Positions 57,639 to 64,000 of a stretch of DNA of 64,000 nucleotides are shown in pieces. Below the pieces are notes generated by a model, which made no database searches, was not told the DNA's origin, and saw only the letters and a program-made list of their open reading frames with translations. Within the stretch, counting starts at the first letter, position 1, and each line of letters begins with the position of its first letter. The DNA comes from an uncultured Saprospiraceae bacterium (GTDB lineage Bacteria; Bacteroidota; Bacteroidia; Chitinophagales; Saprospiraceae), in contig CAZNYK010000002.1 of the NCBI GenBank assembly GCA_964577215.1, forward strand, positions 9,093-73,092, read 5' to 3'. The translations under genes and the position numbers were made by a program.

Positions 57639-58475
57639 ATGAATACCAAAAACCTTTACTTGCTTCCTGCCATCAGTCTCGGCATTTTTCTCTGGATTGC
57701 CAATGCGGCCGGGCCGGGAACGGTGCAAGGCATTGACCGCACCGGCTCGCCCATCAGCCCCGGCTCTTGCGGAGAATGTCATTCCGGCGGAAATTTCTCA
57801 CCCGTCATTGCTGCGGAATTACTGGATGGCGGAGCGCCCGTGACCCAATACGAACCAGACAAAACCTATATCTTGCGCGTGCGAATTGCCGCCGGGTCAG
57901 GCACCCCGGCAAGATATGGATTCCAGGCGGTAGCCCTCAGCGGTACAGGCAATGTCACTGCCGGCACATGGGGAACGGCGCCTGCCGGATTCAAAAAGAT
58001 CAGCATCCAGGGCAGGGAATACGTGGAACACAATACGCCCAGGCAAAACAACACCCTTGAAATGCCCTGGACCGCTCCGGCTGCTGCCACCGGCAGTATA
58101 AGGTTTTATTCTGGCGGAATTGCCGCCAATAACAATGCCAATTCCAGCGGCGACAGCCCGGCGCAACTCGCAGAAGCTTTGGTGATCGCACCCTTGGTGA
58201 GCAGTGTTGACGAAATTACAAACAGCCGGTTGCAGATAAAGGTGCTCGGCAATCCTGTAGAGAATGAGCTTCGCCTGAATTTGCATAGCCCGGAGAGCGG
58301 CATTTGCCAATTCATACTGACCAGCCTGGATGGCAAGATCATGTGGCGTCAGTCACAAAAAATCCAAAGCGGCGAAAATGCCCTGCAGTTTGATACGAAC
58401 AATTTGCCGAAGGGCGTGTACTTATTACAAGCGCGCCATACCTCTTTCGGAGCCACTGCGAAGATTGTTCGATAA
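57639..58475 (+). CDS. T9SS cargo protein with a single CxxCH motif
   Basis: Signal/anchor LLPAISLGIFLWIANA. CGECH at 57768-57782. C-terminal type A sorting domain (LGNPVENELRLNL...GVYLLQARHTSFGATAKIVR). Confidence 0.7.
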   Translation: MNTKNLYLLPAISLGIFLWIANAAGPGTVQGIDRTGSPISPGSCGECHSGGNFSPVIAAELLDGGAPVTQYEPDKTYILRVRIAAGSGTPARYGFQAVALSGTGNVTAGTWGTAPAGFKKISIQGREYVEHNTPRQNNTLEMPWTAPAAATGSIRFYSGGIAANNNANSSGDSPAQLAEALVIAPLVSSVDEITNSRLQIKVLGNPVENELRLNLHSPESGICQFILTSLDGKIMWRQSQKIQSGENALQFDTNNLPKGVYLLQARHTSFGATAKIVR

Positions 58476-58495
58476 AAATTGAGGCTTTACAGTGC

Positions 58496-58531
58496 AAAAA
58501 GCGGCGCAAATCTAATTTTGCGCCGCTTTTT
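58496..58531. terminator. rho-independent terminator (A-tract/hairpin/T-tract, potentially bidirectional)
   Basis: AAAAA-GCGGCGCAAA-TCTAAT-TTTGCGCCGC-TTTTT, with a perfect 10-bp stem. Confidence 0.7.
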
Positions 58532-58572
58532 CATTGCTTCCATTATCTTTACGCGCAAAACAATCCACAAAT

Positions 58573-60342
58573 ATGGGATTTTGGACATCTCTTCTCTTGT
58601 TGTACGTGTTGCTGAGCCTCAGCTTCTACTTCCTTTTTCCCAAGGCGGGAATTTCTGCATGGAAAGGACTCGTGCCGGGGCTGAACCTGGTGGAATGGGC
58701 AAAAGCGGTGGGCCGCAAGCCGGCTCATGTCGCCTGGCTCCTCGTGCCTATTGTGAATATTTTCATTTATGCGGGTTTGGCCATAGATATGATACGTTCG
58801 TTTCGCCATCTCGGGTTCTGGCAAAGTGTATTGGCCGTATTGTTCGCTCCATTTTACTTCTTTTACCTGGCATTCGGCAAAAGCGAAAGCTATGACGGCC
58901 CGGCTCTTGCCAAAGAGCACGAATATCGCGCCCAAATGGAAAAAGCCAAAGCCGAGGGCAATACCCGGCTATCGGCTAAATTAGCGCAGAACAACCCTTA
59001 CAAAAAATCCCAGGTTCGGGAATGGGCCGAAGCCATTATTTTCGCCGTATTTGCAGCAGCATTCATCCGCATGTTCCTCATAGAGGCATACGTGATTCCC
59101 ACCTCCTCAATGGAGGGTTCGCTTCTCACCGGCGATTTTCTTTTCGTCAGCAAGGCCCATTACGGCATCCGGATGCCCCAAACCATTGCTATGTTGCCGC
59201 TGCTTCACAACCGGATACCGGTAGTGGGAGGGGAATCTTACCTGCGCAAACCCAGCCTCGCTTATAGGCGTTTGCCCGCCATAGAAAGCATTGACCGCAA
59301 TGACCCTGTGGTGTTCAATTACCCGGAAGGGGACAGCGTTTATGTTTTTCCATACCGCACCTGGAGCGTGTACGATGTAAGGCGGGGAAGCCTGCCGCCC
59401 AACGACAATCAAACCGTGGCTTCCGGCAAAAAAAAGCTCATAGTGCGCCCCATGGATAAAATGGACCACTACATTAAGCGCTGCGTAGCTATTCCAGGCG
59501 ACTCCATCCAGATCATCAACCGGCAGCTTTTTATCAACGGCAAACCGGCGGAAAACCCGCGGCATCTGCAGTTCATTCACCACCTTCGCTCGCCGAATAG
59601 CCCGGTAAATGAAAAATTCTTTTCCAAATGGGGCATTTCCCAGGAAGACATCTTGAAAAAGGATGCGGGTTCCAATTCCTTGCTCGTCATTCTCAACGCC
59701 GTGCAGGTTGATAAACTCAAACAGTCGGATACCTCCATCACTGCGGTGCCTTGCAAGCGCTACTTCGTCAACACTCCTCCTGAATTTGACCCGGCCGCAT
59801 TTACGGCTGCCGGAATAGACAATGCCAATGTTACGCAAAGCCTCGGCCCTAATTCGTATCTCATGTATCTCAGCGACGAGGAAGCGGAAAAGATCAAGCA
59901 GGATTCCACTTTGAAGGTCAGTCCTTTTATCCTGGATGCGGGCCGCATTTTCCCACATGATGCCGTCAACCATCCCACCTGGACGGTGGATGACTTCGGC
60001 CCGCTCTACGTGCCCGCCAAAGGCGCCACCGTGGCTTTGGATTCCGTTAGCATCGCCTTTTACCGCCGCATTATCACGGTGTACGAAGGAAATACGCTGG
60101 AAGAGAAAGACGGGAAATTCATAATTAACGGCCAGCCTGCCGACAGCTATACATTCGACCAGGATTACTACTGGGTGATGGGCGACAACCGCCACAACTC
60201 CGAAGACGCAAGGATTTGGGGATACGTACCGGAAAACCACATCGTAGGCAAGCCGCTCTTCATCTGGTTCTCCACGCGTGAAGGAAATATCAGAAAGGGC
60301 ATCAACTGGAACAGGATATTCTCCTCTGCCAATAAAAAGTAA
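58573..60342 (+). CDS. lepB: signal peptidase I, long Bacteroidota-type
   Basis: Catalytic Ser box IPTSSMEGSLLTGD. Lys box and GDNRHNSEDARIWGYV box. ATG 58573. Confidence 0.85.
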   Translation: MGFWTSLLLLYVLLSLSFYFLFPKAGISAWKGLVPGLNLVEWAKAVGRKPAHVAWLLVPIVNIFIYAGLAIDMIRSFRHLGFWQSVLAVLFAPFYFFYLAFGKSESYDGPALAKEHEYRAQMEKAKAEGNTRLSAKLAQNNPYKKSQVREWAEAIIFAVFAAAFIRMFLIEAYVIPTSSMEGSLLTGDFLFVSKAHYGIRMPQTIAMLPLLHNRIPVVGGESYLRKPSLAYRRLPAIESIDRNDPVVFNYPEGDSVYVFPYRTWSVYDVRRGSLPPNDNQTVASGKKKLIVRPMDKMDHYIKRCVAIPGDSIQIINRQLFINGKPAENPRHLQFIHHLRSPNSPVNEKFFSKWGISQEDILKKDAGSNSLLVILNAVQVDKLKQSDTSITAVPCKRYFVNTPPEFDPAAFTAAGIDNANVTQSLGPNSYLMYLSDEEAEKIKQDSTLKVSPFILDAGRIFPHDAVNHPTWTVDDFGPLYVPAKGATVALDSVSIAFYRRIITVYEGNTLEEKDGKFIINGQPADSYTFDQDYYWVMGDNRHNSEDARIWGYVPENHIVGKPLFIWFSTREGNIRKGINWNRIFSSANKK

Positions 60343-60373
60343 CAGGGCCTTTAACCGTCAAAAATTTACCGCC

Positions 60374-61327
60374 ATGAAAAAACTCTTCGAGGCTATCAGC
60401 AACATGTTCAGAACGCTCTTCGGAGGTAAAAAACAAACCCGGCAGCCTTCTCAACCGCCGGCGCCGCGCCCTAAACCCGTGGTCATCGACCCCGGTGCCC
60501 CCCAGGATGGCGCCGATATCAAACCCGATACCGTCATTTTGGTGGTGAGCGAGATGGAAAAAGTCGTCGTCCCGCCCAACGAGCCCGACGAGGCATTTGT
60601 GAAAGATATATTTGAGGAGGAACCGGCACCCGCTCCAAGTCCCGCCCCTTCGCCTGCTCCCGCCCCTCCAACCCCGACTCCGACTCCGACTCCGGCGCCC
60701 ACACCCACAGCCGGCGGCTACAAGCCCAAGTATATGTGGTGCTTAGACAATGGCCATGGCAAACAAACCCCCGGAAAACGGTCTCCGCTTTTCGACGACG
60801 GCAGAACCCGCTTTTTGGAATACGAGTTCAATCGCGATATCGTGCGCCGCATCAAGGAAGCATTAGACGAAAAAGGGGTAAAATACTTCATCACGGTGCC
60901 CGAAGTTGACATAGATGATTTCCTGAAGGGGCGGGTGGACCGCGCCAACAATCTCAGGTCGGATTTGCCCAAGCTCTTCATTTCTGTACACGCCAACGCG
61001 GCGCCGGCGCCGTCTTCCGAATCCTGGGCGCAAGCCAAAGGCATTGAAACCTGGTTCTTCCACGGCAGCGCACGGAGCCAAAAATTAGCAGCCGTATTTC
61101 AAAAACACCTTATTGAAAAGACCGGCTTCCGCAACCGCAATATCAAATCTCAGCCGCAGGGGCAATTTTATGTATTGCGAAATACCGCTATGCCTGCAGC
61201 GCTGACCGAAAACGGCTTTTACAACAATAAGGAAGAAGCTGCCGAGTTGATGAAACCGGAAGTCAGGCAAAAAATTGCCGATGCCCATGTGGAGGCCATT
61301 TTGGAAATAGAAAAAAGCGGTTTGTAA
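60374..61327 (+). CDS. N-acetylmuramoyl-L-alanine amidase (Amidase_3) with Pro/Ala/Thr-rich linker
   Basis: Linker PAPAPSPAPSPAPAPPTPTPTPTPAPTPT. Catalytic domain LDNGHG ... FISVHANA ... VLRNTAMPAALTENGFYNN. ATG 60374. Confidence 0.85.
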   Translation: MKKLFEAISNMFRTLFGGKKQTRQPSQPPAPRPKPVVIDPGAPQDGADIKPDTVILVVSEMEKVVVPPNEPDEAFVKDIFEEEPAPAPSPAPSPAPAPPTPTPTPTPAPTPTAGGYKPKYMWCLDNGHGKQTPGKRSPLFDDGRTRFLEYEFNRDIVRRIKEALDEKGVKYFITVPEVDIDDFLKGRVDRANNLRSDLPKLFISVHANAAPAPSSESWAQAKGIETWFFHGSARSQKLAAVFQKHLIEKTGFRNRNIKSQPQGQFYVLRNTAMPAALTENGFYNNKEEAAELMKPEVRQKIADAHVEAILEIEKSGL

Positions 61328-61373
61328 ACTTGCTTACTACATAGGTTTTCACCCCCGTAGTCCTATACTGTAC

Positions 61374-62627
61374 TTACTTTCGCATGGCCTCTACGGGGTC
61401 CATTCGGGCCGCCTGCCATGCCGGCAACAACCCGGCTAATATACCTACCACTACAGAAGTGATTATGCCTGTAAGTATGTTGTTGGTGGAAAGGAACAAG
61501 TTGAAGTCGATAACGCGCGACAATCCTTTGATCACTATCTGCACCAACAGCAACCCGATCAAGCCGCCGATCACACTGAGCACGATGGACTCGATCAGAA
61601 ATTCAAGCAGGATCATAAAGCGCTTGGCGCCAAGCGCCTTTTTGATACCTATGATCCCCGTGCGCTCTTTAACGGAAACGAACATGATATTTGCCACGCT
61701 GAACATACCTACAAAAATGGCAAATCCGCCGATGACAATTCCGAGCAGGCCCAGCACCTGAAAAAAGCCGTCTAAGGCATTGCTGATGATAGAAAGGGTA
61801 TTCAGGGAGAAGTTATCATCTTCGCGGGGTTTGAGCCGCCTTTGGGCCCGCATTACGCCGGTGATGTCATCCTTGAGCATGTCAATAGATACGCCGGGTC
61901 TTGCTTTCACGCTGATGGAAGAGTTGCCGAAAGGATTATCCGGGCGAAGATTGGCCACCTTGCGGCCCAGTTCGTAAGTAATGATAGCCGAGTTGTCGAA
62001 TCTGAAGATGTCGATCAGGCTTTTCCCCGTAGGTTCCAAAACGCCGATGACATCAAATTTGTGGCCGCCCATTTGAATGGTGCGCCCGATAGGATCCGCC
62101 GCGCCGAACAGCGCTTCCGCCACTGTAGCGCCTATAATGATCTTGTTGGCGCCATATTGGTATTCTGAAGGAGAGAAATATCGCCCACTCTGAAAGTCCA
62201 ATTTCACCAACTCTTCAAAAGCATACGAAACAGCCTGCAACTCTACGTCCCTCACGCTGGCAGACTGAAACTTGAAAGTTTTTTCTCCAATGTAAACGCC
62301 ATAAGATACTGCCTGAGCGGATTTAACCTTTGTCTCTATGGCAGAAAAATCCTTGTAGCTCACGTCCGGCCGGCGCAGGTAGCGCTGCCAGTTGGGGCCG
62401 GGATCGCCCCACATGAATTTTTGTACGTAAATGACGTCGTCGCCGAGCTTCTCAAAACTTCCACGCACATTGTCCTCAAGAGAATCCACAGCAGCCGTCA
62501 CCCCGATAATGCAGAAAATGCCTATGGAGATCCCCAGCAGGGAAAGGAAGCTGCGCAGTTTATTGGCGCGCAATTGTGAAAGCGCCTGAGAGATGCTTTC
62601 CAGGAAAATTTTCAGGAATACGACCAT
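61374..62627 (-). CDS. ABC transporter permease, MacB/FtsX family
   Basis: N-terminal TM (LRANKLRSFLSLLGISIGIF), a large periplasmic MacB_PCD-like domain and a C-terminal FtsX 3-TM bundle (ERTGIIGIKKALGA). No adjacent ATPase. ATG 62627. Confidence 0.8.
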   Translation of the reverse strand: MVVFLKIFLESISQALSQLRANKLRSFLSLLGISIGIFCIIGVTAAVDSLEDNVRGSFEKLGDDVIYVQKFMWGDPGPNWQRYLRRPDVSYKDFSAIETKVKSAQAVSYGVYIGEKTFKFQSASVRDVELQAVSYAFEELVKLDFQSGRYFSPSEYQYGANKIIIGATVAEALFGAADPIGRTIQMGGHKFDVIGVLEPTGKSLIDIFRFDNSAIITYELGRKVANLRPDNPFGNSSISVKARPGVSIDMLKDDITGVMRAQRRLKPREDDNFSLNTLSIISNALDGFFQVLGLLGIVIGGFAIFVGMFSVANIMFVSVKERTGIIGIKKALGAKRFMILLEFLIESIVLSVIGGLIGLLLVQIVIKGLSRVIDFNLFLSTNNILTGIITSVVVGILAGLLPAWQAARMDPVEAMRK

Positions 62628-62780
62628 GACAAATGGATTTCTCGAATCGTGCACAAATATACGCGAAGGTGCGCTATTGGCGGGCCGGCGCCCAAAATCT
62701 TCGATCAATCATGTATTTTCATCTGCCAAAGTCCTGAAAATAAATTTTTTAAGAGTGGGTTCAACCCGGCTTTTTGTTAT

Positions 62781-62788
62781 TATCTTTG
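62781..62788 (+). promoter_or_regulatory. candidate -7 box TATCTTTG upstream of queA
   Basis: Exact TAnnTTTG match 29 nt upstream of the ATG at 62817. No clear -33 element. Confidence 0.3.
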
Positions 62789-62816
62789 CGGCCAATTTTT
62801 GAAAAAAAGGTTGTAA

Positions 62817-63881
62817 ATGAGGACCAAACTTTCCCAATTCAACTTCGAATTACCAAAAAAATTAATTGCCCAGCATCCTGCTCCCAACCGCGATGAGAGC
62901 CGTTTGATGGTGATCCACCGGGCTACCGGGAAGATCGAGCACAGGATATTCAAGGATATCATGGAGTACTTCGGCGACGGCGACGTGATGATTTTCAACA
63001 ACACGAAGGTTTTTCCCGCACGGATGTACGGGCAAAAAGAAAAAACCGGCGCCAAGATTGAAGTATTCCTTCTCCGGGAACTCAACCACGATGCCCGTCT
63101 GTGGGATGTCCTGGTGGACCCCGCCCGCAAAATCCGCGTCGGCAATAAACTCTATTTCAGCGATGAAAATGACAATGAGGTGTTAGTGGCGGAAGTAGTG
63201 GACAACACCACCTCCCGCGGACGCACCATCCGGTTCTTGTATGACGGTCCTGAAGAGGAATTCCAAAGGGATCTTTACACCCTCGGCAACACCCCCCTTC
63301 CGAAATACATCACCCGGCCGGCAGAGGAAACCGACAAGGAGCGCTTCCAAACCGTATATGCCAAAGAGGTGGGCGCCGTAGCTGCGCCGACAGCCGGATT
63401 GCATTTCAGCAGGGAGCTCCTCAAGCGCTTGGAAATCCAGGGCCTCGAGTTTGCAGAACTCACCCTGCACGTCGGCCTTGGCACTTTCCGCGCCATAGAG
63501 GTCGAAGATCTGTCGAAACACAAAATGGACGCAGAATACTTCAAAGTGCCCCCCCAAGCCGTTGACACAGTAAACAGGGCTAAAGAACGGGGCAACAAGA
63601 TATGCTCCGTCGGCACCACCACCATGCGCGCCATTGAAACGGCTGTTTCCGCAGAAGGACTGCTCAAGCCTGCGGAAGGCTGGACCAATAAATTTATCTT
63701 CCCACCTTACGATTTCAGCATCGCCGATGCCATGGTCACCAACTTCCATTTGCCTAAATCGAGCCTGCTCATCATGGTATGCGCCTTCGGAGGCTTCGAT
63801 TTTATCATGGAAGCCTACCAGGAGGCCATTAAAGAGGAATATAAGTTTTTCAGTTATGGCGATGCCATGCTGATCATCTGA
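62817..63881 (+). CDS. queA: S-adenosylmethionine:tRNA ribosyltransferase-isomerase
   Basis: [49 protein letters not shown] and [10 protein letters not shown] motifs. Confidence 0.95.
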   Translation: MRTKLSQFNFELPKKLIAQHPAPNRDESRLMVIHRATGKIEHRIFKDIMEYFGDGDVMIFNNTKVFPARMYGQKEKTGAKIEVFLLRELNHDARLWDVLVDPARKIRVGNKLYFSDENDNEVLVAEVVDNTTSRGRTIRFLYDGPEEEFQRDLYTLGNTPLPKYITRPAEETDKERFQTVYAKEVGAVAAPTAGLHFSRELLKRLEIQGLEFAELTLHVGLGTFRAIEVEDLSKHKMDAEYFKVPPQAVDTVNRAKERGNKICSVGTTTMRAIETAVSAEGLLKPAEGWTNKFIFPPYDFSIADAMVTNFHLPKSSLLIMVCAFGGFDFIMEAYQEAIKEEYKFFSYGDAMLII

Positions 63882-64000
63882 CAAAAAAAGTTTTTTCCAG
63901 GGATTAAACCCAGGCAACTTTTTTGAGTCATTTTTGCACCATGCAGGCAGTATTTGGCTGCCATGGTAGCAATAATCTTTATTTTCTCTTCAACAACCTT

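Noticed and set aside
59107-60240. 377-aa minus-strand ORF antisense to lepB
   Set aside because: Antisense artefact. lepB motifs are on the + strand.
63183-63917. 244-aa minus-strand ORF antisense to queA
   Set aside because: Antisense artefact. queA is unambiguous.
63941-64000. Possible start of a further + strand gene at the window edge (ATG 63941, MQAVFGCHGSNNLYF...)
   Set aside because: Only 20 codons are visible, which is too short to support.

Overview
This is a 64-kb G+C-rich chromosomal segment. Gene content points to a Bacteroidota genome, though this is inference and no database search was possible. The evidence is T9SS C-terminal sorting domains, a PorP/SprF gene, a long NagB-LmbE fusion, TAnnTTTG-type -7 boxes and almost no Shine-Dalgarno sites.

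I support about 45 protein-coding genes. They are mostly housekeeping (ndk, prfB with its +1 frameshift, prfC, queA, lepB, yggS, nrnA, a ribB-type gene, nagB) or envelope and secreted functions. The second group includes:
- M1, M28, S9 and NlpC/P60 peptidases;
- an alpha-2-macroglobulin lipoprotein followed by a 1110-aa WG-repeat protein;
- a BNR/VPS10 protein and two T9SS cargo proteins;
- GT2/GT4 glycosyltransferases, an FkbM methyltransferase and an O-antigen-ligase-like gene.

I saw no rRNA, tRNA, CRISPR array, transposase, integrase or prophage genes. No clear-cut defence island or demonstrably new multi-gene system is visible.

The features most worth a second look are:
1. The only large non-coding gap (39128-40090). 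It has a block of about 30% G+C with direct repeats, a promoter-plus-terminator sRNA candidate and four same-strand terminator-like hairpins. It lies between a helical 500-aa protein of unknown function and an exported TPR-CHAT protease-like protein.
2. A tight three-gene cassette (755-4052): a coiled-coil protein, a membrane-anchored PspA/IM30-like protein and a solute-binding/OmpA fusion.
3. A RibB fused to a GTP-cyclohydrolase-II-like domain that lacks the zinc cysteines.
4. An RF2 that reads SPY where SPF is expected.
5. A T9SS cargo protein with a CxxCH motif.

Many long antisense ORFs in the track are rejected as G+C-rich artefacts. All family assignments come from motif recognition by eye and need HMM or structure searches to confirm.
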